DNA of 64,000 bases from assembly GCA_000002445.1 (NCBI GenBank), contig CM000207.1, positions 1,504,001-1,568,000 on the forward strand. The letters run 5' to 3'. A program made the translations under genes and the position numbers. The notes under the pieces are model-generated. The model was not told the origin of the DNA, searched no databases, and saw nothing but the letters and a program-made list of their open reading frames with translations. This document shows positions 21,447 through 31,895 of the stretch, piece by piece. Source of the stretch: Trypanosoma brucei (lineage: Eukaryota). How positions within the stretch are numbered: position 1 is the stretch's first letter; each line of letters begins with the position of its first letter.

Positions 21447-23063
21447 TCACGAAGAAAGTGGTATTTCATTTAATACTTCACGCACCTCTTCACCGACGGG
21501 GCCCTTCCTCTTCCCCAGTTTTTGTACTACCGAGGCAACGGCGTCAAACTTGGCACTGAGTTCGTAATACTGCTCCATTGTCAGGCTCGTTGAATTTTTT
21601 TCTCCATTGCGAAATGATGGGGCTTGACGACGTGCCTCATCTAACTTGGGGCGGAATTTACTGCTCATACTTTTGAGTACTTTGAGGGCCGCCAGCAACT
21701 GATTCTCTCGTTCACCGGCCAGTGCATACATTACAACATCAAGCAAATCAGAAAGATTACTTAAAGTAATGCGCTCTTTCATCCGCAAATGTTGCATGGC
21801 ACCGAGGAAGTCCGCAGTAACTCCGTAGTCTGAATTCGTGGTGTATAACTCCTTAAGATACACCAGTGCCTGCTGATTGTCTTGTACCCAAAGCGCACGA
21901 AGGACCCGCAGATGTGTAAGTCGCTGCCGCAGCACAGACACTGTCGTAACGCTTGAAGTCAATAAATCATCCATTTGTAGTTCGCCCGACTCACCGGTGT
22001 GGGATGCCGCGGCCACTTGTGAAGGCGAGCGGTGCAGCCGTTGATGTGCGGCGCGAAGAACAGGTACAGACATTTTAGCATTCTCTTCCCCCCTATTAAA
22101 GGAAGGAGGATCCCTCTGTTGCGATTTTACCGTCTTCTCTATTGGGGGGATGGTGAGTCCGCCGTCAGCGAGAGGTACACGGCCCATGACCGCTGTTTGC
22201 CCACTAAACTCCACAAACAGTGCCTCATCCGTATTCGAAGAATAGTTCAGGTCACCGATTATGTTCCACTGCGATTCAATTATTGGGGCGAAGCTATCAC
22301 TCATCATGTCGAAGTCATACACTCGAAGAATGTGAGACGCCGCGACAAGCATCCTCTTTCCTGACAGATACACCGCATCAACAGGCGTGTCAAGGCACTT
22401 GCTTTGGAATATTTTAGTGAAACCTTCTAACTCCCAGAAAGAGACTGAACCATCACTGCTTCCCACGGCTAAATAGTATCTCTTTGGGTGAAAACAAATT
22501 GATGTAACGGGTCCAGAATGCGCACGGAACTCGTGCATCTCCTTTCCTGACTGCAGATCGTACAGGCGAACCACACCGTCAGCACAACCACTAACGCACC
22601 AGCGACCACTTGGGGAGAACTCAGTGGCACAGAGAGGCGCTTTTGCCTCCATATGCGACCGAACACAACTCTTTTTTCGTGTGTCCCAAACGCGAAGAAC
22701 GGAATCTCGCGAGCAGGTGGCGATGACATCCGTGTGTGGGTGAAAATCCACTCCCGTTACCGTCGACTTGTGACCGTCACCGAACGTGCGCACAACCCCT
22801 TCAGTAGTCATATCCCACAAGTGCAAGCTGCCCTCATCGGTCCCACCTACCAGGCGCCTTTGCTGAGGATCGAAGGCAATAGATGTTGAAGGTGAGCAAC
22901 CTGCACTCAAAAGTACCGTTCGGGAATAGTCCTCAAAAGGATACACATGCACCCCACCGTCCCTGCAACCCAGTCCCACCAGCCGGTTCGCGCTGTCAGG
23001 GCTAAAACGCGAGTGGTACACCTGACATGGAAGTTGGAGTGTCATCGAATCGATAACTGGCAT
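21447..23063 (-). CDS. katanin p80-like WD40 regulatory subunit
   Basis: The 538-aa ORF starts with ATG. The N-terminal WD40 propeller repeats include LHLWDM, LRVWDTR, VRLYDLQ, VSFWELEGF. The C-terminal con80-like segment LRQRLTHLRVLRALWVQDN resembles KATNB1 LRTRHKNLDTVRAVW. Confidence 0.6.
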   Translation of the reverse strand: MPVIDSMTLQLPCQVYHSRFSPDSANRLVGLGCRDGGVHVYPFEDYSRTVLLSAGCSPSTSIAFDPQQRRLVGGTDEGSLHLWDMTTEGVVRTFGDGHKSTVTGVDFHPHTDVIATCSRDSVLRVWDTRKKSCVRSHMEAKAPLCATEFSPSGRWCVSGCADGVVRLYDLQSGKEMHEFRAHSGPVTSICFHPKRYYLAVGSSDGSVSFWELEGFTKIFQSKCLDTPVDAVYLSGKRMLVAASHILRVYDFDMMSDSFAPIIESQWNIIGDLNYSSNTDEALFVEFSGQTAVMGRVPLADGGLTIPPIEKTVKSQQRDPPSFNRGEENAKMSVPVLRAAHQRLHRSPSQVAAASHTGESGELQMDDLLTSSVTTVSVLRQRLTHLRVLRALWVQDNQQALVYLKELYTTNSDYGVTADFLGAMQHLRMKERITLSNLSDLLDVVMYALAGERENQLLAALKVLKSMSSKFRPKLDEARRQAPSFRNGEKNSTSLTMEQYYELSAKFDAVASVVQKLGKRKGPVGEEVREVLNEIPLSS

Positions 23064-23100
23064 ATTTTCGGTCTGTTCCTACTTTCGTTAGTAATGACAG

Positions 23101-23180
23101 AGAAACGAGACAAACACAATAGGGAAGAAGGAGCGGGGGTAGAGGGAAGGGGGGAGAAAAAAGAAAAAAAAAAGAAGCGA
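23101..23180 (-). promoter_or_regulatory. polypyrimidine tract (minus strand) immediately upstream of the katanin p80-like gene; candidate splice-acceptor signal
   Basis: The plus strand is a purine run: agaaacgagacaaacacaatagggaagaaggagcgggggtagagggaaggggggagaaaaaagaaaaaaaaaagaag. Confidence 0.3.
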
Positions 23181-23676
23181 CGGGCGCTACATTTAGGGGA
23201 TTCAACAATACAGGACGAGGTTGGAAATGGTGCAACTCCCCCACAGTGCGGGGAACACCGAGTCCACAAGGCGAGTGTACCTGTTTGCATGTGCCAACCG
23301 TCTACATAAAGAAGTATATGCCCTGCGATCGCACAACCTCTGAAGAGGGAACACGCGGGGAATGAGCGCTAGCGAGGTCAACCGCGGCATTTTATTGTTG
23401 ATGGTTGAAGCAAATAAAGCTACCACAGATGCCAATTTCGCCAGTGATCCAGAAAATATAAAGAGGGTAAATAACAATAATTACACTGTGTGCGTCTTCC
23501 TGAGCGTATAAATGTGTGGCACCCACCCCAAGTTATTCCCCACACTTCGTGGCCCCACCCGTCTGTGCAATGAGGAGCGGGGGTTGAAGCAATGCAAACG
23601 ATTTGGATTGCTGGTTATATGATGTAGACTCAAAAAACAGCAGTGCCATCGTCGCCTCTCCCCCCTCCTGAAGAAG

Positions 23677-25023
23677 TTAAGCAGTGTAGTACTTTCCTTG
23701 AGGGAGCCTAATTGCAAAAAACTTACCTTCCTCGACTTCTCCCTCATCTGTTGCGTGTAGTAATTCGAAACATGGAACGCAATAGGGACAGGGGCTCTCA
23801 GGTGAAATTTCATCATTGTAACACACAACTGTTGCTGGATGACTCCTACACAGGCGACATCGCACTACACGGGTCGGAGTCTTCATCACACGCTGTGGGT
23901 ACGCTGCCCTCGTGTGGTCATCTCGATCAAAACCACGTAAGCTAGTGACTGAACTAAGGTAAAAGTAATGGTTGCACCATCCGAGGTGTCGCATGACGCC
24001 ATACTCACCCAACCGCAAGTTAAGATCTCCAAAGGTAGTCTGTGAAACGTATTTGACGGGGCAGTTTCCAAACGCGATGTTTTTCTGCCTTGTTTCACCC
24101 TCCGTACTCGCGCCTTCTCCACAGGGATCGAAGTGCCGGATGGGTGCCGTCAAATCTTCATAGTCCTCCCCACCCTCTCCTGCGTGGCGATTGTCAACGT
24201 AGAAGGTACCTCCAATAAAGAAAAATGCATTCTTTGAAATGTTCACTGGGATACAATTACGGCAGACAAAAGTGTCAAGCAGGGTGCCTAAGCTCTGGCA
24301 CGACAGTACAGCCCATGTTTCCTGAGGCTCTGTAGTGGACCCAGGTGTGAAGAAAGTAAACTCCCAACGGTGCGAGTGTTCAGTCAAACAAAAATCTTCC
24401 GAGGTGTCGATAACGTTATGACGTAAGCTCGCTGCGATGCCCTTGTTTGGGTAGCGCGGCTCCGCTTGGCGGAAAAGCTCGCTATTTCCCTCATCCATTA
24501 CCTTTAGACGAAGCTTTCGTCCGTCGTACTCTTCGTCAAGTTGCTCTCGTAGCCTCTTCACCGGTTCTAAGTCCACGAGAAACTGCAAAAGAGCAGGTCG
24601 CCGCTCGCACTCACTGTACTCTTCCCTAACACGGGCCAGTTGGCGCTCGCCTTCTTCTTTTACTTGGGTTACAATCCTCTCCATTTTGGACAACACTCTG
24701 CGGGTGGGGAGCTCCGGTAGGTTTGGCCCTTCCTCTTCCAGGAGCCTATCTAACCTTGCCTCCAGTTTACGCATCGCATCCTCTGCCTCACCAATTGTAA
24801 AGAAGCAACCATAAGGGTTCCCCCGCTCGCTCAGGGTCTGTGGCAGATGGACAATAGTGCCTGCAGGCAGTTTGTCACTAATTTTGTAGACATCAAGTTG
24901 TGGGTTCCGCCGGCGTATGTCTGTGAGAGTAACAGCTGTGTGCGCAGCGACATTGGCAAGTGTCGTTTCCTTCTTATTACCTACTTGAAGGGAAAAAGGG
25001 TCCACCAATTGTTTAGGAGGCAT
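23677..25023 (-). CDS. SNAP50: snRNA-activating protein complex subunit SNAP50 (SNAPC3) homologue
   Basis: The ORF track starts at a GTG (25047); the first ATG (MPPKQLVDPF) gives 448 aa. The C-terminal zinc-binding domain is collinear with SNAPC3: GDLNLRLGEYGVMRHLGWCNHYFY and RCRLCRSHPATVVCYNDEISPESPCPYCVPCFELLHATDEG (cf. human CFVCKMY...DPCFFCDVCFRMLHYDSEG). Confidence 0.65.
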   Translation of the reverse strand: MPPKQLVDPFSLQVGNKKETTLANVAAHTAVTLTDIRRRNPQLDVYKISDKLPAGTIVHLPQTLSERGNPYGCFFTIGEAEDAMRKLEARLDRLLEEEGPNLPELPTRRVLSKMERIVTQVKEEGERQLARVREEYSECERRPALLQFLVDLEPVKRLREQLDEEYDGRKLRLKVMDEGNSELFRQAEPRYPNKGIAASLRHNVIDTSEDFCLTEHSHRWEFTFFTPGSTTEPQETWAVLSCQSLGTLLDTFVCRNCIPVNISKNAFFFIGGTFYVDNRHAGEGGEDYEDLTAPIRHFDPCGEGASTEGETRQKNIAFGNCPVKYVSQTTFGDLNLRLGEYGVMRHLGWCNHYFYLSSVTSLRGFDRDDHTRAAYPQRVMKTPTRVVRCRLCRSHPATVVCYNDEISPESPCPYCVPCFELLHATDEGEVEEGKFFAIRLPQGKYYTA

Positions 25024-26164
25024 TTTTTTTTTTTGGCACCTCCCCACTCCACCTCCCCGCTATCCCTTCTAACACCTTTACGCTCCGCCACTCACTCGCG
25101 TAGGTCCTATTGCTACTGTTGGTATTCCGCGGAGGTGGTAAAATCAAGAGAAAGAGGAAGCAAAGACGGGTTTTAGGTACGGAGAGAAATTGTGTATAAA
25201 CAGGGTGATGCATGTACTAAACTCATCTGTCGCCTCGTGTTCAGGAACACATATTCGGCCCTATAGCCCCAATTGAACCCACGGCCCATGACTTTCATCA
25301 GGTCTGCGCCGTCACACACACAAAAAAAAACGAAATAAATCAGGTGGGTGCTCTAATGCGAGTACGTCACGGAAAACACATATAGTACAAAAGAGGAGAA
25401 TGGGCCAGAAGAAGGATTGGAGGAGAGGTAAAAAGAGCAGAGTTTGCGGTAAGACCATCAATCTTTTTCTTTTATGCGTTCCCTTCCCTTATGTGGATCA
25501 CCGTCTTCATTCCCCATGGCCACCGGCTATGTTCGCCGCCGTCGCCGCCCCCACCCCCTCCACAACTCAGCGGTCACTTTTTTTTTTTTCGTCGCACCTG
25601 TGCAACCAGGGACAAGTGCAGCCGACTATCGGTTCTAACGGTGTTAACAAACACCCCCAAAACAAATAAACAAACAAGCGAAAGGCAGCGGGACATTTGG
25701 CTGACTTTAATTTATCTTTTCCCTCAAGTTGCTCTCGTCCTTCCGTCTCGTTTCTCTCTGTTTCCCAACGTACCGCTTCCCCTCCTTCCCAACTCCCACT
25801 TCATTTCTTCTTCACTTCTAAATGCTATCAGGCACCTTCCGCAGGTTCTTCTTCATTTCCAGTGTGATAGCGAGAGTTCAAACCGATCATTGCTAAAGGA
25901 AGCGTTTCCGTCACGAATCCCCCCCCACACACTTACAGAGGGTTAACGACAGAACCCTCGTGGTTCAGCTGCGTGCCTCTTTTTTTTTTCTCTTTATCGT
26001 TGAAAACCGCTGCGTGACGAAACAAATCCGAAGGAAAATTTCTTTCGGGGAGATAGCGACGTATATTTGCTGCTGAAACAATCTGAAAAATCACCGAGTA
26101 AATCAAACCGAGAATGTACAGGTGTTTCTTTTTTTTTTCTTCTTTCCTTCCTTCGGACCAAACC

Positions 26165-26971
26165 TCAAGCGTGTAAATTGTTAAGATAAAAGTCTACGAG
26201 CTGATGCCGAAAAGACACATTTTTGAGGATGTTTACTCTCCCCCTCGACCGAAACAACTGCACACAGCTGATTGGTCCCATGTGATAATACTGCATTAAA
26301 TAGGCAATGCAAAGTGTGACGCTGCGGTTGACGCCTGCGACACAATGAACGTATACTCGGTGACCGTTTCGCAGCGCGTCGGTAACAATCTCTGCAAATC
26401 GATCATAACAATGAAAAATAATCAAATAATCGCTACAGTCCTCTGCGTAGAAATCATGTACTACAAATCCCGTGGGTAAAACGACACGCGTGTCAAGTTC
26501 TCTCGCACAGCAGTTGATGATGACATCAATGCCCTCCCGTTTCAAGATCTCTAATATTTCCTCATCTGGGAAGCCACCAACATAAAGACCATCCATAAGG
26601 GGCGTCACATCAGGCGTTATGTGCCTGAAAGGGTCCATTTTCATTATTGAGAGCTCGGTGTCAAGGGCGGCGCGGAGCTGCAATTCCTCCTTCATAACTT
26701 GTGGAGTGCTGAGTGCAGCCTGCAACTGAGTCGAACCCACTCGTGACGCTTTAGGGGTCAAAAGCTGAGTTGGACGGGCCTCCGCCGCCATTGCATTCCA
26801 CTCTGGCTGCACCCAACAATCCAGAGGCGTGTGGCCATGACATGATGGTCGAGGCGTTGGAGGTGAGCAGCTCACCTCCGTTGGGTAGTCAAACAGCCTG
26901 TGGTAACAAATAAATGGCGTGCCACCGGGGGAGGTGCTGTCGCGTGAAGGCGAGGCGGAGGGAGTGGCCAT
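26165..26971 (-). CDS. dual-specificity protein phosphatase
   Basis: The 268-aa ORF starts with ATG. It has the catalytic P-loop VHCVAGVNRSVTLCIAYLM (HCxxGxxRS). Confidence 0.75.
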   Translation of the reverse strand: MATPSASPSRDSTSPGGTPFICYHRLFDYPTEVSCSPPTPRPSCHGHTPLDCWVQPEWNAMAAEARPTQLLTPKASRVGSTQLQAALSTPQVMKEELQLRAALDTELSIMKMDPFRHITPDVTPLMDGLYVGGFPDEEILEILKREGIDVIINCCARELDTRVVLPTGFVVHDFYAEDCSDYLIIFHCYDRFAEIVTDALRNGHRVYVHCVAGVNRSVTLCIAYLMQYYHMGPISCVQLFRSRGRVNILKNVSFRHQLVDFYLNNLHA

Positions 26972-27544
26972 GTTTCGCCACAGGCCCTGTGTACGGGAAC
27001 AGCTCCTCTGTTAATTATATTTATGTATCTTCTTTGTTGTATGATAATATTAGTAATCTATTTAAAGTTACTTGCTCTGTTCCTTTCCTGCGACAGTTTG
27101 TGGTTGCTTGGGTGACCCGTCCAACAGAGGCACAAAACCTTCCGCCAACTTTGCACACCGACTAGTAAGGACAAACCAGAAGGAGGAAATACTGTTGAGT
27201 CCCCCCTCCTCTACTACTTAAAAAGTAAGTTGAATGGTTCACATAAAATCGTGAGGCAAAGATGAGGGCTCGCAGTTCCAAGGGGAAAACAGTGAGGCGT
27301 GACAAACAAGCGGGTAAAAACACATCAACATGGGCCGGTGAAGGAGGCTTGCGTAACGGCGCATAGGTTTCTTGGGAGGTATAGTGATATTTTGCTTGTC
27401 GGATGATTTCGTGCCAACAACGCGCCATAGTAACACGAGACCTTATTGCTTTTAAACGAACGAGGGTGCTTTGGATGGAAATGTAGGAAGCTGAGGGTGC
27501 TTGTCGAGAACGGTAGATCGATGAACCTACAAAACCACTTCCTA

Positions 27545-27880
27545 TTACAGTTCGTGCATCATGTATATCCGTGCCTTTTTCCGGTGCTTTGGACTCAGTT
27601 TCCGTATGGCTTTATCGTTTTTGATCTTCTGAACCACCATGTTTTTCTTCTCGTTTTCTGCTTTCCGGTCCAAGTTCGCCTTACGGGACTCGCGTGCCCG
27701 CTTCTCTTCGTTGTTTATCTCGTCACGAAGCTTAGTTGACAGCTCACGCACCCGCTGAAGACGCTCCTTCTTTCTTTGTTGTATCTTGAAGGCACGTTCC
27801 GCTTCTTTCGGGTTCCTAGCTCTGGAACGCTGCGGCTTCCTCGGAGTCTTCCCAAGTTTGCGCTGCTCTAACTTCGACAT
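27545..27880 (-). CDS. small lysine/arginine-rich coiled-coil protein (nucleolar Cgr1/rRNA-processing-like; tentative)
   Basis: The ORF track starts at a TTG (28045) and its N-terminal 55 aa are Cys-rich low complexity. The first ATG gives a 111-aa very basic protein (MSKLEQRKLGKTPRKPQRSRARNPKEAERAFKIQQRKKERLQR...). The start coordinate may be off by 1 nt. Confidence 0.35.
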   Translation of the reverse strand: MSKLEQRKLGKTPRKPQRSRARNPKEAERAFKIQQRKKERLQRVRELSTKLRDEINNEEKRARESRKANLDRKAENEKKNMVVQKIKNDKAIRKLSPKHRKKARIYMMHEL

Positions 27881-28607
27881 GCTTTCCCCCCTTTTTTTCG
27901 AGACGCTGATGCGATTCGCTTTGGTACGAATGAAGGAACGCGCAACACTGATGAGGCGTGTGCCACCGCCATGGGAGATACAAACAGGAAGAAGAGGGAG
28001 CGTACAACGACAACAGCAACAAACACATGTATACACATACTTCAATAAATAAATGAAACAGGCTTGACGCCATGAGTGTTACGAGGCGTAAGGTACTTCC
28101 AGAAGTGTCAGCAAGCCAAGGCGCCATCAAGCGGTCTCGCTGACAACAAGAACAGTAAATTAGACGGCCCTGTGGAAGGCCGTACGGTTTTTTTTTTGAT
28201 TCTTCACAATGTCTTAACCGTAATACACGCGGTGCATTACGACCTTACCTGTTCGGCAGTTGTAAGGTGTTATACCCTGGAGGAGGGGGGAAGGGCCAAA
28301 AAAAAAAGATTTAATAAAAATCTATTCACCACTGACAAGCACCTCCAAGAGAAATGGTGCTCCCTTATTCCCAATTTACTCTTCCTACCGCATTGCTTCC
28401 CCTCGTCAAAGGGGTTCCTGCTCCCTTTTTGGCCGTCCATTCCCCAGTCTGTATTATCGCGTTCTTTCCACCCGGACGCTTCCCATTGAACAGCAGGCGA
28501 TTCTGGGGAAACCTTTTCGCACGTAAGTGTCGTGCGACAACCAAGTGAGAGAGCAGTAGCCGACGCAGGAACAATATTATCAATTCCCCCAACATCACTA
28601 CACTTCC

Positions 28608-30080
28608 CTAGAGCCGGCGCAGGCTGGCTTTCAGAAGTCGCTTTTCATTCTTGGACCCAACCTGCATTTGCAGGTAATTCTTATACATTTTCTTATATAC
28701 CGCTTCGATCTCGGGTCCCATGGCATCCACGATATCGTTGGCCCGCTGTGGTACTGTTGTGAGTTTCTGAATGTGGTTCTTCACCTGCTTATTGTCTCCC
28801 TCAAAAACCAAGTGCAGCAGGTCGCGCACCTCCTCATGGAGGTTCATAAGTTTGCGTGCGCTGGGAACGCCACTTCCGACCTTCTCCAGTAATTCCTCTA
28901 GTGCCTTGTCGATCTCTTCGATATGAAGAAAGAGGAAGTACGAAATGACTTTGTACTCCGTGGGAGACGCTAGCTGTAACGTGCCTTCACCTTGGTGGTG
29001 CCCCAAATGGGCTGCGTCGTACTCGTCCAGCAGCCGGACACCGTTTTTTACCAAATATTCATGGAGAACTTCGATGTCGCTGTCGTCGAAGAAGTTTCTT
29101 AGGAAGGTAATGTTCTTATCAATCTCCACACAACGTGTAATGAAGTCTGGGTATGATGGAAGGTTCAGCGAGGCGTTTTCGTCTGTGTTTGGTGGCAGCA
29201 TACCCAGAGAAACCAGTAACCTGACAAGGTAACGACGTGAATCACGCCGTTCAACATACTTTTGATCCTCCGGAATTCCCAAGTGCTTCAGAAAACTTTC
29301 TAAACGCTCCCTTCCTCGTTGAATGTGCCGCAGTTGTTGTGAAATACCTCCTTGATCCCTGAAATTGTACCATATGGCTACGGGAACGGCGACAAGAATG
29401 CCAAGGAGACCAAATAGGACAAGCCCATCGTGTTCTCGGGAAGTGAGAAAACGCGGCAGAGCAACCCCGACAGTGAACTCGTGAGTGTTTTTTGCCTCTT
29501 CCTCCTCGAATGCTTCCCTGTCCACGAGAGCCTTGTATGCTCGACGGACTTGCACATAAATCAAACGCGCCTCCTCAGTTTTATTGTGATCGGGGTGATA
29601 CCGCCTCGAGAGCATTCGATAAGCCTTTTTAATTTCTCCTGTTGAGGCGGTCGTCGACACTCCAAGAATGGCATGGGCATCGAAGGTCAATGTGACGTAC
29701 ATTGCGGAAGAAAATAGAACAACCCAAAGCCAGAGGATAAAAATCTTCGGCCGGATGATGAAGCGGAGGAAGCGAGGGAGTAAAGAAGTGAAGAAAAAAT
29801 GCTTCTCCTTGATGCAGATACGGGCACCCACAGGTAGCATCGAGGGTTCTGTTAGTATCTTCGCTGCGACAAGAGGCACGTATATGATAGATTTCCACAT
29901 ATCTTCCAGTGGGTTGTTCATCATCCTTTGCCTTTTACTCGGTGTTGTATAATATTCAATGATACTCCGCACGTGTCTGATCACCCAAGGGATGTACACG
30001 ATGGTTACGATAACCGACACAATGGCGAAGCAGAATGAAATGAAGCTTTCATCACTTCCACCAATTCCACTTTCCACCAT
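28608..30080 (-). CDS. DnaJ (J-domain) membrane protein with Sec63-like topology
   Basis: The 490-aa ORF starts with ATG. The order is TM1, TM2, J-domain (ILGVSTTASTGEIKKAYRMLSRRYHPDHN...VRRAYKALVD, with the HPD motif), then TM3. This matches the Sec63 luminal J-domain arrangement. The C-terminal half is soluble. Confidence 0.55.
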   Translation of the reverse strand: MVESGIGGSDESFISFCFAIVSVIVTIVYIPWVIRHVRSIIEYYTTPSKRQRMMNNPLEDMWKSIIYVPLVAAKILTEPSMLPVGARICIKEKHFFFTSLLPRFLRFIIRPKIFILWLWVVLFSSAMYVTLTFDAHAILGVSTTASTGEIKKAYRMLSRRYHPDHNKTEEARLIYVQVRRAYKALVDREAFEEEEAKNTHEFTVGVALPRFLTSREHDGLVLFGLLGILVAVPVAIWYNFRDQGGISQQLRHIQRGRERLESFLKHLGIPEDQKYVERRDSRRYLVRLLVSLGMLPPNTDENASLNLPSYPDFITRCVEIDKNITFLRNFFDDSDIEVLHEYLVKNGVRLLDEYDAAHLGHHQGEGTLQLASPTEYKVISYFLFLHIEEIDKALEELLEKVGSGVPSARKLMNLHEEVRDLLHLVFEGDNKQVKNHIQKLTTVPQRANDIVDAMGPEIEAVYKKMYKNYLQMQVGSKNEKRLLKASLRRL

Positions 30081-30370
30081 TGTTTCTCGTTACGTTGTCG
30101 TGGCAATATAATTCTTTTTCTTATCCTTAGGTAACTTATTTCCTCCTGCTTATATCTTTTGGTTAATCCTACCCTTTGGAAATCTTTTATCCCTCGTATT
30201 TACTGAATCTTCGTGTAGCCTTTAAGGGTTCAGCCACCTTTCCTTTAAAAATCGCAAACCAAAATATATTATGACCGCAAATCCCACTAATATATAAGGC
30301 AAATGGGGGCAGAAATGCACAGCTGCAGTGTCAAACGGTTCTCCGTCGCGCGATTGCGAACTTCCGCACC

Positions 30371-30372
<2 letters not shown>

Positions 30373-30402
<30 letters not shown>
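30373..30402. repeat. (CA)15 dinucleotide microsatellite
   Basis: Read directly from the sequence; it lies in the Sec63-like / pseudokinase spacer. Confidence 0.9.
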
Positions 30403-30404
<2 letters not shown>

Positions 30405-30758
30405 ACAGAATTGATGACGAGGTTGATTACGCAGAAGGCGCTCACCCAACACGGCCGGAGACAGAAAGTGTATTGGGCACGATTCGGAGCGGCAAACCCG
30501 TCCATATTAATTCAGTCCTTCCAAACCATGTCACTTGCCAACGCCGGCATGTCATGGGGAAGAATGAATGGAATACGAAAACCTCATGAAGTGTGCGGCG
30601 CTTTCTCGAGACTTCCCCGCCAGCGGTACCGCCTTCTCTGGTGGTTGAGATAATCTCCTCTTTAGAGTGGTTGAAGGAAACACACCATACGATATCACAC
30701 CAACCCGCAGTAGTAAAGTAAGTAGTGGCATTGGGCGACATTGAAATAACCAAGAGCA

Positions 30759-31562
30759 CTACGGTTCCTCATCGGCTTCCTCACTCTCCTCCGTCTCTTC
30801 CTCCTCTTCTGCAGTATCATTCTCTTTTTTCTCCTCTTCTGGTTCACTTTCTTCCTCATCCTCTTCTTCCTCCGTGCAACTCTTGTCAAGTCCGTCCCTG
30901 TTAGTAAGTAACGGATGCATTATGAGTTCCGCTATTGTCGGTCGAGCGTGTGCGTCTTCCTGCAGACACTGCATGACAAAGCTCACAACGGAAGAGCTCA
31001 ACGACGACACCTCCGGTGAGATGATGTCCAACTCTACCAGGTCCTCTGTTTCATACACCTTCCCTGCCGGTGCAACAAGTTGCAGCAAAACAGCCCCCAG
31101 ACCCCATATGTCGGCGCTGTAATCAAACGGCGATGCCCGCATTATTTCCGGTGCACAGCAGCGCCACACTTCTTGCCCTACATCACTGGAAGGATCAAAC
31201 AAGTCTATGGTGAGAACTTGCTGTAGCAGAACGATCCGCCCAGATGCACTATGCCGGCGCAACACTTCAGGGCGGAGGTGCCCATGGACTAATTTACGCA
31301 TGTGCAGGGCGTGCAGCGCCCGCATCAGTCCCATTATGACCATACACGCATCTTCCTCCCCCATCGGAAGTTCAAGGGGCTCTAGAATACCGTCAGTGGG
31401 CTCCTCTGCGGTAACAAGTAGATAACGTGGTGAGAGCCGCGCTTCCTTGTACCTAACCATCGAGTCGACTGAAGGCCACTGGTTTAGTTGTTCGATTCTC
31501 CGCTGCACTACCTTCACCTTCTCAACAAAAATGTCATACTTTTCTATCTTGATGTCCAGCAT
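30759..31562 (-). CDS. protein kinase-like domain protein, probable pseudokinase with acidic C-terminal tail
   Basis: The 267-aa ORF starts with ATG. It retains kinase C-lobe blocks: LHMRKLVHGHLRPEV (degenerate HRDLKPEN), CAPEIM (APE), DIWGLGAVLLQLV. There is no glycine loop or VAIK lysine. The last ~45 aa are almost all E/D (EEEEDEEESEPEEEKKENDTAEEEEETEESEEADEEP). Confidence 0.5.
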   Translation of the reverse strand: MLDIKIEKYDIFVEKVKVVQRRIEQLNQWPSVDSMVRYKEARLSPRYLLVTAEEPTDGILEPLELPMGEEDACMVIMGLMRALHALHMRKLVHGHLRPEVLRRHSASGRIVLLQQVLTIDLFDPSSDVGQEVWRCCAPEIMRASPFDYSADIWGLGAVLLQLVAPAGKVYETEDLVELDIISPEVSSLSSSVVSFVMQCLQEDAHARPTIAELIMHPLLTNRDGLDKSCTEEEEDEEESEPEEEKKENDTAEEEEETEESEEADEEP

Positions 31563-31895
31563 AGGCAGCTACACAAGTCCTAAACATTCACGTACGTTAC
31601 TCAAGGACAGGTGTCCACAGGAAGCACCGAGAAAGGGGAAGCATTGACGTGGTCACTTCTCTCACTGTTGAAGCATCAGAACATTTAAGTTATACGTCGC
31701 ATTCCGAGTGTCTAATTCGGGTGTGTGTAGCTCACTACGCTTCGATACAGGCTAAAAGGACACGTGTTGTGTCCGCCTCTGCGCTTACCGGCCCTCTTTT
31801 AATAACAATCAAAACACTATAGGAGAATCATCCTCTCGAAAAGGCGTTTAACCTGATTATCACTCGTACCCCGTACCACACAAAACACTGATTCC

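Noticed and set aside
27841-27900. Apparent 1-nt coordinate inconsistencies between the displayed sequence lines and the ORF-track arithmetic in a few places
   Set aside because: Most likely my own miscounting in homopolymer runs. I used ORF-track arithmetic for the adjusted start coordinates, so those may be off by 1 nt.
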